A stretch of DNA of 64,000 nucleotides from Ramazzottius varieornatus (lineage: Eukaryota > Animalia > Tardigrada), in the NCBI GenBank assembly GCA_001949185.1, contig BDGG01000006.1, positions 2,276,827-2,340,826 of the forward strand, read 5' to 3'. Every line of letters begins with the position of its first letter. The first letter of the stretch is position 1. A model generated the notes under the pieces. It saw only the letters and a list, made by a program, of their open reading frames with translations, had not been told where the DNA came from and did no database searches. This document shows, piece after piece, positions 1 to 13,200 of this stretch. The translations under genes and the position numbers were made by a program.

Positions 1-1237
1 GAGGATCATGTTGGAAACTTTTCATCTGGGCTGGGCTGAAAAACGACGGGGGATGGAACAGTTTTGAGCGGCAATCAAGTTAATTTGCCTCACATCATTA
101 ATCATCTTTGACTTTCGCCAAATCAAAATTTGGTGAATGGAACGTTATCGAAAAGATTTGAGAGCTGATTCCATCCATCAAACAAACGTTGTCAATGATT
201 TTCCGCCAGCTTGGTGATGCTTTGATGCCTCATATGGAATTTTTCTACGGCATCTTACTATCATATGTCATACTACTACATTTTTTGATGACCGGAACAG
301 GAGAGAATGCATTGAATAAGCAGCCCAAAAATACCTGGTTAATGTATGGGGCTTAATAGTCAATCATCGTGAAGGCTTCGCGTCCAGATCTTCCGGGTGC
401 TATTTTTCTTTCGCACAGAAGCTTCCGCCAAGTGTTTGTTTAGTGAGAGAAAATGGTTTTTGATGTGTCGCTACAAATGCATGTTTGCCACACTTTGGCG
501 CTATGGCGTACCACTTCCCAGCCGGTTTAGTAGCCGATCTGTCGCATCGAGAGCCCATTCTTGAAAAATTAAAAGAGCGGAATACAATCTCCTCCGCTTT
601 TCATGTCTCCGTTGATCCATCGATGAGCGGCAATAAACTGGCTGGTTACTTTTCTAATTTCCATCTAAAGCAAAGAGCTAATCGGTTGGTACATACAGTT
701 CTTTGGCGTGAAATTTGAAGATGGGTCCTCCATTAATACTTGATCAACGGTCGGTCTTTTAGTTTCTCAAATGAACCGTTGTGACGACTTCATTTTCGAC
801 CGCTTTTTTCCTCACGTTAATCTGTTTACTGACCAAGCAAATACCGCACGTTAAATGGCGAGTAATGGTCAGTGAAACACACCGCGTGTCAAGTTGCCGA
901 AGAGAATCATGTTTTAACTGGTCCAACCACACTTTTGACCGGCTTTCCTTCCGGTTGAAATCTTGACGAAACACAGAATCTCCATTCCAATACTCAGTAC
1001 ACATTGGGGCATTTATTCTGTTCAGTCATTTCCTCATTTTCGACCTGAAACGCCTTTCAGAAAACACATATCTTCCGCTACTCAGCAATCAACCGATCAT
1101 ACCCAGGCTAGAATAGTCTCCCGGCGTTCGCTTGATTGACTCCTCACGAACGGATTCGGGCAATAATTCGCGAGGGTTTATTCTACGATTGATTGGAGTA
1201 TACTTGATTGACGGGATCGCTCTCCCTTGTTTTACAG

Positions 1238-4200
1238 GCGTGCAACAGTTGTCGGCGCAGCACCTGCATCATCCCTACTTGACTTCGCCAATTGGTCCCG
1301 GTTTGTCATCCCATATGCACCACAGCCACCCGCATCATCGGCAGAGCATCTACGGTGTATCTAGTCATCAGGATTCGCACTATCTCGATGATCCGCATCA
1401 GCACTGTGCGGCGTCCTCCCCCACAACAACGGCCAATTCAGACAGATGTCTCCTGCCGACCTCCTCAAGTATGTTCTTGTTCTGTCTCACGTGCCGTGTC
1501 ACCCCCATTCCAGACCTTCTTGGCAGCTCTTCAGACTTCACTTAACCGTTGAAGAACGCTGCCGAATATTTCCACTTACAATACACACATTTCGAAGACC
1601 TTTCAAAACCATTCTTCAAAATTCTCGTTGAACTTCAAAATTTAGAGTCGGGATGTGTCTGTTATGCAACGCTCAGTAAATCACGAATGAATACTTTTTG
1701 CTTGTTTAGGCACGTGAATTTTTTTTACGGCGCGATAAAAGTTTTGTTGTAATAATACTGCACGTCTCAAAGATAATAATCGGTCTCTTGCATCACGCCA
1801 AAAAGATATCGCTTACCATGTAGCGACACTGTTGCTGCCGACGAAAAGCCCAAAGACCATGTATCGGATTTCTGACATGATGTTTACATTGGGTGTGCGT
1901 TTGTTGTAGGCGGTAATATCTGCAAATCGAGCCACAACAACAGCGTCATCTTGACGGACCCGCGCCATTTGTTCGGCACCTCCATGCATCAGCCAGCATC
2001 CCATCCGCACCACATTGATCGGCCTCTGAGTGAACACTACCTCAGCAACTCTATCCTACGGTACTGTAACTGTGCTCTATACTTAAATACCTCTTACCTA
2101 AGCCTTAAGCTTTACTTAAAAGTACCTCGAGTGGATGGTCAGAGTTTACTCTTGATATGAGAGAGCCAGTTTGATCTGCACTGTATCGAAGTATGTCCAG
2201 ATCCAGACCGAAATTATCATGCTGAAGTTTGCGTCTTCCAGGCAACCTCAATGCCCGTTACACCAGAACCAGAATGGCGGATTCCTACCTCAGCGGACCT
2301 TGACCAATCTGCGGTCGACTAGTACGAACAAATCTGTACAGAAAAAGAGAGGTCTTCGGAGCTGGCTGACATGGAGGAATTTCTCCATTGGACTGGGAAT
2401 ACTATGTTTAGCACTGGCCGCCGCTCTGGCATACTTCGCAGGTACAAGGATACCGTCGAACCGTTTGCGGTTGCTTTCTACGAGTAATAGTGGTTCTGTG
2501 TGATCTGACCAGCAAAACTTTGTAGTGGCGATTGGAAGTCAGCGTCAGGATGAGTCGATACGTTGCTCCCGTGCTCAAGAGGTTATTTCAAGCAGTATTT
2601 ATAATAATGGACCGGTATCTAAAGGTAAGTCGGTACTGCGCAAAAACATGTCGAAGTATCTGCTTCAAAATTTTCTGGTTTGTGGTCGTACATCTGTTTC
2701 TCTTCTATTTTTCTTTGCTGTTGTCCAGTACGGGTGAAGCGTGCACTGGATGAGAGGGAGAACTCATCCGCCTCAAACGGCACGAGTACAGAGAGTCCAC
2801 TAGTGAATCAGACTTTAGCACGAAAAGGTACTCCCACACGAGGAACTCGGCAGAGCGAGTTCGTGTTTCACGCGGACGACTACGGTGAAGATAACGTGAC
2901 AGAAGACGTGAAAATCGGCAAGAAGCAAGCCACAGCTCGGAAACGTGAGACGCGAGGATATGATTCGCTGACGATCGGACAGACGTTCTCGATCCTTCAG
3001 ACAGTGGTTTTGTCGTATTCTCCTGACGAATACGGACAACCTAGACCACATTTGACTCTTGGGAACTCTGGTAGAGTCTTTAGGCATGAGAAGGTTGGTC
3101 GGGGTACTTCACGCCCTGGACGGGATGTCAATGACAATGTAGTCTGGGACGAGGGCGATCAAGGTGTTGTAGATGAGTGTGAAAAATGTCTCCCTGTCGA
3201 CCCACATAACACCTTGGCTGAGTTTGCTCTAATAACTGACCAGAACGCAAAGTCCAAGGGCAGTTGAGTGACTTGAGTCTTCACTCTTTGCCGGTATGAT
3301 ATCACAGCGCGGGATATATGAGTCAATCAAGGCGAAAAATTATGGGCGCTGTGCTTTACGTGCGTTACCTTAGTAAGCCAGACGTTAGATCGTGTCATGT
3401 CATCGACGTCATTTGTGACACTTCTCTGCGCTTGCATGGTGGATCAATATTCCTTCCGCTTCTTCCACGTGTTCTATTCTGTCCTTCCTGTTTTAACATG
3501 GTAAAGACCAAGATGTAAGTGATTTCGTTGCAGGACCAAAGTATAATTACAAGAATTTATATCCTGACGAGGAGCAAAGTCAGGAGTTGCATCACGACAG
3601 TTCCTTCACCAGTGTGATTGTGCCAGCCCGTTCGTTCTGGCTTGGGCGGATCGTTCAGAAGCAGCCTGAAAACCTCAGTTTCAACCTCACCATCTCTCCT
3701 TCTGCCACCCTCGTCTTCTATGGAAGACGGAATCTCCCCCCGTCGCATGCGGAGTATGACTTTGTCCATCGGATTCGACGGACTGCGCGAACAGTGCGTG
3801 ATGCTACGGTACGTTGAATGGTTTCGCCAGAGTGATAGGTTTTGCTATTTTACGCTGATTGGTTTATCGGTCGATCTCGACTGCAGTAATGCAGTAATGT
3901 GGCTATGTCGACTGTCTGGGTCAAAACAGCTTTTGTTTGGCTGTATGCAAGTGTATGATGGCTTGTTGGTTCTTTTTACAGGACGCAAACATGGTTAAAA
4001 CCTTCCACGAAAATCTGGACATGGGCATTTGGTTCATCGCGCTGTTCAACGACCAGTCAAAGGATGAATCTGTGAGGATATCTATCGTTACTGAAGGTAG
4101 GAACGTATTACTCATGAAGATGTTCGCGTCGAATTTCAAGGTTGATTTTTCATAGGCGAAGCCTCGTGTTCGAGCGACTGCAACGGTCAAGGTGCGTGTA

Positions 4201-7200
4201 TTGACGGGAAATGCCAATGTATTACCGGATTTGGTGGTGATGATTGCTCTCAGGGTTAGTCGAACGATTACATGTTTATCTTGCTTGAAGAAATGCTAAT
4301 GGGGAATGTTTATCTCCTCGGCAGCTGTCTGTCCAGTGCTGTGTAGCGGACGCGGAAAGTACGCGCATGGTACGTGCCAGTGCTTCCCTGGCTGGAAAGG
4401 AAGCGACTGTGGTATCCCCGAGTTCCAATGCGACGATCCTACGTGCAGTGGTCGGGGTAGATGTACCAATGGAAAATGCTCATGTGATCCCGGTTTTTCT
4501 GGCAACAGCTGTGAGACAGGTGAGATAGTCCATTCATGACTATTGAGACAACCACCTGCATACTGGGTTATCCCGTAGGAGTACGCTGACGTGTTTGCAG
4601 GTTGTATCTCTATCTGAATTCTGTTTCCTTTTCTAGTTGAGTGTCCGAAAGAATGTTCCTCGCATGGTATCTGTGTGAAAGGCTCCTGTTTCTGTCAACC
4701 TGGCTGGCTCGGAGTGGTATGCGATGTCCCGGTGACTGATAGTCGCAGGCTGTGTTCGAACCATGGGAGTCTCAGTGCCGCCACACAGAAGTGCGTCTGT
4801 GATCCGAGGTGGAGTGGTGATGGCTGCAGTGTTGGTAAGTTATGTCACACACTTCCAAAAGATGAATTCGAATCACAAAGAGTACTTTCTGGTTGCAGAA
4901 ATCTGTACACCAATGTGTGGAACGAATGGGCACTGTAACAACAGCATGTGCGTCTGTGAAGCTGGTTGGACCGGACCAACATGCGAGAACCCAGAGTGTC
5001 CACCGTGCGGACCCAACGGAAAGTGTGTCAACGGAAGCTGTGTTTGTGCGAAAATGTGGAGTGGAAAACTCTGCACGAAAAGTAAGAATTGAGATTTTTG
5101 AATTTTCGGGACGTCGGCAAACGAATTTACCCAGATCGCTGTTTCAAGTAGCGCACGTGCTCATTACGTTTAGCTGCAAGTGTGCGTCACTTGGAAAATG
5201 ATGAGATTCAACTCTTTTGCTGAGCTTCCATTTGTCCGGAATAAATTTTTTATTTTGGTTTTATTGTAGACGATTGTCCGAACGACTGTAGCGGTCACGG
5301 TTCCTGCCTTGAAATTGGCAAGACCTCTTGGAAATGTGAATGCGAGGCTTTCTGGAAGGGCGATGGCTGTGAGACGCCGATGGAACGATGTGATGACAAG
5401 AAAGATAACGACGGAGGTTAGTCTTGAATCTACTTGAGTTTGCTGTTCGTGGGGATTGTGTTCGATGAATGACGTCTCATCGTAACGTGGTTTACTTGAC
5501 CACGACTTCCTTCCGCTTGAGGGTGAGAGGTCGTTGCGGCTAAAGTGTTTCTTTTCTTGGTAGACGGGCTGGTGGATTGCGATGATAACGACTGCTGCCA
5601 GGCGGATGTCTGTGCCGAGAATGTCAACTGCCTAGCCGCACCGGAACCGAAGGACGTGCTGCTGAGAGAACAAGCGCCATCCGACTCGGCTTCATTTTAC
5701 GACAGGGTCCGGTTTCTGATAAGAGATAATGGCGTACAGAACTTCGCCGACCGTGACGCCTTCGACCCAAAGTACGAGCATCCAGTCAATGAACAAAATA
5801 CGGAAAACCAAAAATGGTATCATGTATTGATTTCCGCCTTTTGCTGTTTCAGGCGTGTCTCGGTTCTTCGAGGAAAAGTCATCGATGTCGACGGCGTCGG
5901 CTTGGTGGGCGTTCGTGTCTCCGTCCAGACTGTTCCTACTGAAACACAAACAACTGGTTTTACGCTCAGTCGGAAGGACGGAATGTAAGATAGATCATGT
6001 TCAAAAATTATTGTTTTTACCAGTTCCGAGTGCGTCATTCTACTACATTATTTTTCGTTTTCTATTTCTAGGTTCGATCTGATGGTCAATGGTGGAGGAT
6101 CGCAAACTATCGTCTTCCAGAAGAGCGGATACCGACGGGCCACGACATCGCTCGCTGTCGGTTGGAACGAATTCAGCGTTGTGGAGGCCACTCGGATGCT
6201 TCGGGAAGGCGAGGCTCCACGGTCCCGCCTTCTGGACCTTCTCACACCAGGCGCTTCAACTGGATCATCCTGCGTTCTTCCAGGTCCACTTCCTCAGGTC
6301 GAGGTGTACCCCTTCTGGCAGCACTTCCCGTCGGGCGGACTAGGTTCTAGCTCAGTCGTTTACCAGGTAAAGCGATATGAGCCGTGTCAATAAAAAACCA
6401 GGTGTCTTGGCCATTATGTTCATGTCAAAGTACCCTGATTTCTACTATCCCGAAACATTTGGCGGAGATTCACGAGTGTTCAATCCGGTTTTGTTTTTAG
6501 GATGCGCAAGTGCTGCAAGAGTCCCTGAACATCTCGGGGTCCGCACTACAGTTGAACCACTTCAGCAGTCGAACTAGTGGCTTTGCTTCGCTGTTACTCA
6601 TCGTGCTGACGAAGAACGAGGACCTGAAGAACGTGACAAAGATCACAGTGAAGATCTCCAACGCCGGCCTCCAGGAAGAAACGTCGTATGACGCGGAAAA
6701 GGACTTGTCGCATGTCTACGCCTGGGATGGCTTCAACGCTTACAAACAGCTTGTTTACGGGTTCAGTAACGCCAAAGGTACTGTGACAAGTATTTCCGAA
6801 CATTTACAGTTGAATGTGTAGTTGAGTTTGTGTAGAAAATTGGCCCAACTTAGAATACGCTTTAGTGAGTATCGGATACGAAATGGTGAACTGCAAAGAT
6901 ACCTACTGGACCCACCAAATGGTGAAGATGAAGGGCGTGGACCTCCCTGTGTCAGGAATCGGAGGATGGGATCTCAGCATTCAACACCGCTACAACGCCG
7001 AAGGTAAGAATCCCATGAGAGGAAATTAGTAAAACAGCCAGTCAGAATTTCGACCATTAAGCTTTGGACAACGCCGAAGGTAAGAACGCCGAAGGTAAGA
7101 ATCCCATGAGAGGAAATTAGTAAAACAGCCAGTCAGAATTTCGACCATTAAGCTTTGGACAACGCCGAAGGTAAGAACGCCGAAGGTAAGAATCCCATGA

Positions 7201-10200
7201 GAGGAAATTAGTAAAACAGCCAGTCAGAATTTCGACCATTAAGCTTTGGACAAAAACAGTCAGTGCAAACTTTTATACCGGCAAGGCTAGCTTTTACTGG
7301 AAGACTGCAAGAGCATAGATCGCTCAGCTTAGATCGGTCAAAAGACACAGCAGAATGTAGGAACTGATACGGAGAAGCTGCCAAGCAGTGCGCACTCGAA
7401 ACAGTCTGGCGGATCACAGAGAGACCCAAATAACTTCAGGGATGAAACAGTCACTTCTTGGCGGCATTCTGGCGTTTCCTTCCACCGGCAGGGGGCGAGT
7501 CTTCTTTCTTGTCTTTCGTCGTCGCTTCGGGTTTCGCTCTCTTTGCTGGAGGCGTGTCGATGGCCGTCTTGCTAGCGCTGGCTTTCACCTGGACATTCGA
7601 TGAAGTCAGTGCGGGTTCTTTCTCGCCCGACTCCTTGTTGACCAGCGGGATGTCCTTGGTGAGGGACTCCTTTGCGTTCAGCTTGACGGTGGTGGAGGAG
7701 ATCTTGTCTACTAGTCTGTCAGTCAGGCTCTCGTACTCCTTCAGCTCGTTCTTGAAGCGCTCACCGGTGAGGGTGTTCAGCTTGTCTTCAATCTTCCTGC
7801 TGACGTCGCGAATCTTGTCCTTGCGCTCGTTCTCAATGATGGCCGCTTGCTCAGCCTCGTCGACGTTGGCCATGCGGGGGTGCTTGTGGTCCGACAGCTT
7901 GTCCATCCGTGTCACGCTCAAGACGCCGTCCTTCTTCCTCGCACGAACCTACCAACAACCTTGAATAAAGCATGAAAATCAGAGAAGGGACCACTAACTT
8001 GTACTATGGACTAGCTTAAGAGGCACAGTCGAGAAGTTGGCAAAATTAAGAGAAACAAGGCAAAGTGAGGAAGGGAGAAAATAGACGAATTAGATGAACT
8101 GTAGAATCTCCGTAGCAAAATGGCACACACTGATTTTCTGGGAGGAAATTCTCTTTGAATGCTTACTCACGGGAAGTTGAGCAGTAGAAATCAGCTTTGG
8201 TTGTAGGAAAAATAGCCATAAAATCTACATACTTCGATTTTTGCCATACAAGGCTTCGATTTGACCTGGGCTGTTTCCGTCGGTCCTGCCGTGGTCACAG
8301 TCCGGACGTTTCCGCACTGATACGTGTGGTCAGCATACCGGAGCGTTCTTCTCAGGGGATCTTCCTTGGGCAGATAATTCTTCTTGACGGTTTTGAACAC
8401 CGTGTTGGTTTCCCTCTGATACTTGTATAGCGCATTGACAAAATCCTCATAGCTTGAGAAATTGGCTCCTTTATGCAAAGGCTTCTTCACATTAGGATTG
8501 GTGGTAGCAACGTTTTTCACGGCGACTTTCTTCTTCTTGATGCCGCCATTCCGTTTGGGGCTCTTGCGAGGGACGCGAGGACTTCGTGGGACGGGCGTGA
8601 TCTTTTTAGCAGTCTTGGCGCCTTTGGAAATCTTCTTGTCGACTGGCTTACGCGTTCTCTCGGGCATGGTCATGCTATTCTGAGCCACCTGCAGGAAGGA
8701 CTTGGGAACGACGATTTGGGGCTTTTTGGCAAGACGACCGGCCGGCATATTCGGGCGTGCTCTAGTGATGAATCCTTTCTAGTACAAAAGGCAAATAAAT
8801 CATAAATCACGCGCGAAATTCAAGGATGGTGGTGGCGAAGGTGATTTTGCTACTGGTTTGAAGTAGTACAAAATTCAAACGAAAGGAAGAAAAACCCTGG
8901 TGTAACGTCTGCACTCTTTTCACGCTGATGAGACACTTTCGACATTGTGGGACAGGATGACCCGTACGGATTTTACCGTATAGTTGCTAAGAACCTGAGA
9001 ACATCTCAAAGAACCCGAGACGATTTTCTCCGACAGAAAATCCGAGCCAAAAAATTCTGGCGAAAGAACGAGGAAACTAAACAGATATATAGCAGTACTG
9101 AAACAAGAATTACGTCCTGTTCTGTAAAATGTGGGTGGTTTTAGTCATGTTCCATTACTGGATGCTCTTCAAATTCGTCTTTACTCGCACGGTCTTCATC
9201 ACGAGGTCGTTTCCACGTCGGTTCTTCTAAATGTGATCCTTGTAGTGAATACGGCTGTCCTTCATCGAGCTATAATGCCCTAAGCTTTGAACTAGCTCCT
9301 AACTTGAGGGGTGTCCTTGTTCAGCACGGGTGCCGGAGTGCGACCTCAGGTATCAGAGTGGCCCAGCAGAATAGTCTAAAGCCGAGTCCCTGTTCGGGAC
9401 CGAACGTGGAGCCGAACGTGGGCTGAACGTGGAACCATGCACGTCCGCCAAAACCGGAAGTTGAGGTAGTTGATCATTGACTTCCCCACGCTGACACACA
9501 GTAAAAAGCTTTCGTCAAAGCGTCCAGTACACACTCGCTGGCCCATTCTAAACTTCACTGACGTAATGTCCAAGTCAGCTTCGAATGTTGTTTGCCAGCG
9601 CGGGAGCATTTCCTGTCGAGGAAGACTCCTGCATAGTCTTGTGGGGTTCGCGTGGCCTTGGAGTGTGTAGAGCGTGATTGACCGAGAGACTGCAGGCTAA
9701 TTCTCGTCCGACAGTAAATTTGTCAGAATCGATAGCTTTAATTGGTTCTTTTAAGAGGATAACTTGGGAATGGTCATTTTATGCGTGAATTTCACCTGCT
9801 GGTGGAAAGTGAAGATGGTTGCTGGTTTGTCAGTCATTCTCAGCATCGATTGTTATTTTCAGGGGTGCTTCATCGCGGCGACGGCTCCAGCGTATATTTC
9901 AGCGAAGGTCTTCTGGAAGTCGCGCCAGCGGTGGGAAGCGGACAAATTCGACCAGTGGTCTGCAACGACGGATGTGCAGCTGGCCTTGCGAAAGACATCG
10001 ACCTCCTGGCACCCATCGCTCTGGCCACAGCACCCGACGGAAGTTTATACGTGGGCGACTTCAACCTCATCCGCAAAGTCAAGCCAGATGGAGCCTTACT
10101 GAACGTGCTGCAACTACAGTAAGACTCTTTTACTCGTCCCGCGCACTCTTTCCGAATTTTATCCGTTTCCTTTGTGTGTTCAGGTCGCCGGCCATGCTGC

Positions 10201-13200
10201 AAAAGTACTTCATGGCAGTCAACCCCACCAACGGCAAGCTATACATTTCTATCGCGCAGTCGCTGAAAGTTATCCGCGTCACAACGACCGACACAGCACC
10301 CACTGACTTGTCCAACAACTACGACGTAGTGGCCGGTAACGGACTACAGTGTTTCCCGAAGGATGGCCAATTCAAGTGCGGAGATGGCGTCGCAGCTACC
10401 ACTGCTTCTATGATGTTTCCCAAAGGTATAAATAAACACAAATCTGCACCCGAAAATAACAATGAAAACATTTTTCTGAGCCAAAAAAATTGAATCATAC
10501 TTTAAAAATCTGTTTGATTGCTGTAATTAAGCTTGCTGTCTTCTTGTCTCGATTTGTTGCTGCATGCACTTGAGAAAAACCGGTGGAACCGTTCTTGATG
10601 ACTCTGTTCTACAGGTGTTGCTTTCGACAAGGAGGGCAACCTCTACATCCTCGACGGCAGCGCGCTCCGCGTAGTCGATCCTTCCGGCATCATTCGCACT
10701 ATCATTCCACCCACAACCTACACCACCTGCTGGGCGCCCCTTCCCTGTCAAGAATCTCTGCACTTTTCCAGCCTGTCTCTAAAGTGGCCATCATCCATTG
10801 CAGTGAGCCCAGTCGACGACTCGGTTGTGATCATCGACGATGGCGCTCTCCTCAAACTGGACATCGCCCACCGCACCGGCCAAATCATCGCTGGTCACTC
10901 GGCCAAGTGCCCCAGCGAGAGTTCGCTGTCCTTCGAGCAGAATGCTGGCTTGGCGATCTCCAGCGACGGTGTAGTGTACTTCACCCAGACTAGTAAGGAT
11001 GAATGGTCGGTCAGTAGAGTCAAAAGAGGGAAGGTGGTCAAGATGCTCAGTTCGAACATACCAGTCAGTAAAAACTCGGAGAAGATGCAGCTACCGACCA
11101 GCTTGGCGGTTGGATCCAATGCTAGACTCTTCTTGGCCGATGTGAAGGCTGTCAAAGTCTTCTCGGTGGGACCCAACTTCCCCAAGCAGAATGCCAAGAT
11201 GGAGTACGTGGTGGAGGCACCTGAAAAAGGCGAACTGTACATCTTTGACAGGTAACGTCATATGTCATAACATGACGTAAGGCAATAAAAGGTTTTACCG
11301 CGCATATTGGGAGCTCGTCAATTGTTTCTCAAGTGCCGCACACGTTAGCAGCCGATAACGCCGAGAACGTGCGCCACTTGCTCGTCGAGATCGCTTTCCA
11401 AGTGCCGCGCACTCTCGGTCAATAACACTGAAAATGTGCGCCACTTGGAAGACGGTTTCAGGTGGCGCTCGCTCACAGCCAATAGCAGTGAAAATGTGCG
11501 CCCCTTCGGGAAAATAATCAGGTAGTGGTTTGCCGAGCTCCCATTTGAGTTGCGAAGTAAAATATTAAGTGTAATGGTATGTTTATCTTATATGGTATGT
11601 CTTTGTTATACAGGTACGGCCATCACATGGAAACAAGGGACATTCTGACCAACAACTTGAAGTTCAAGTTCGCTTACACAGTGGAGACAGCCTTCGGAAA
11701 GGTGCGAAGTATTACAGATGGCGAAGGAAAGACCTGCATGGTGGAACGGGACTACAAAGGCCAAGTGAAGAGCATTGACTGTGGAGGCGGCTGGAAGACG
11801 ACGTTCACCAACACCATGCGCGGGTGGCTGAAGGAAGTGACATACGGTGACGGTCTGCAAGTCACCATGGCATATGACGCGGAGAATGGACTACTGACAG
11901 GCCGAACGGACTCTAGAGGGAACGCCTTCTCGTACAAATATGACAGCTACGGCAGACTGTCACAGGTGGTTTACCCCAATGGGCAAAGGACTGAATGGTC
12001 TTCCGAAACCGCCAAAGTGGCCAAGAGGCTTCTCGAGTCGTCGTTGCACGTCCAGGAGTCTGACCACGGTAAAGTGTCGCTCTTCTCTCCACTGCAATAC
12101 ACCCTCTCGCTCGATTCCCGATCCAACGTACCCCACACCAACGGGACAGTGCCGGCTTCGTTACTGTTCCGTGGCGACAACGACACGTCGATCAAGATGG
12201 ATTTGGCCTACTCGATCCGAAGCGACCAGCCCTTCAGAGTGCGCCGCATGGTCTCCGTCAACGACAGCGCCCTCTACGGTGTGGACTTTACCCCAGCGAC
12301 CAACGAGGAAGTCCTGGTGGATCGCGAAGGGAACCCCATCTTTTCGACGAAGCTGAACGCGGCTGGAAAGATCGTGTCGACCAAACCGACAGTCGGGGAC
12401 TTCCTGCAGAGTAGCTTCGCCTATGACAACATGGGCAGAATGACAAAGTGGGAACAAGGTCAGCGCTGGATGACCATGACGTACAACGAACAAAGTCTTC
12501 CAGCGATGAAAAAGACCGCTAGTGGCCAAAGTTGGAAATTTGAGTATAACGAGAAACGAAAACTGGCGAAAATTACCAAAGGTTAGTGTCTAAGCCGATA
12601 TACTGAATATGGGACAGTAAAGTAGAAGCCAGGCGTGACGGTCACTAGCTTCTACGGCCGACCACCATGATTTCTATTCAAATTGACCATATTTGAATTT
12701 CAGGCTCTGGTGGTCAGATCTTGATCGATTACGACACATTCGGAGGTGTAAAGGCCATCAAGACACCCAAAGGTGCCACTTTGATGATGAAAGAGGATCC
12801 CATGGCGTTCTTCCGTCGGTATTCCATCCGAGAAGCGCAGTCGGAAGTTCCGTTCAGCCAAGACTACAATGACGACGGCCTCCTCATCGCTCAGACCTTT
12901 CCCAGCGGGATGAAGGCACTCAGCAACCGGTACGACACGCAGGGAAGACTGACGGATGTCTTCTTTGGTCGGAACACCATTGACTACAACTACGGAAGAC
13001 ATGGCAAGGTCGAGAAGATCGTCCAGCAAAACGACGAACTGAAAGCCACGACGGAAGTGAGCTACTTCTCGGGCATGTTGGTTGAAGGGAAGCATTCGAG
13101 CTATGAAGGCCCGGTGGAACTGGAGAGTGTTGGAGTCAAGTACGAATATGGTGACGGGTTCGTGCTGAGGAGGAGAAAGGTCCAGGTGGGTAACTCGGAC

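Noticed and set aside
6992-7249. Repeat array as a possible CRISPR
   Set aside because: Units are identical with no unique spacers; eukaryotic intron context.
7458-7964. Hydrophobic 168-aa plus-strand ORF
   Set aside because: Antisense shadow of the Lys/Glu-rich nested gene exon.
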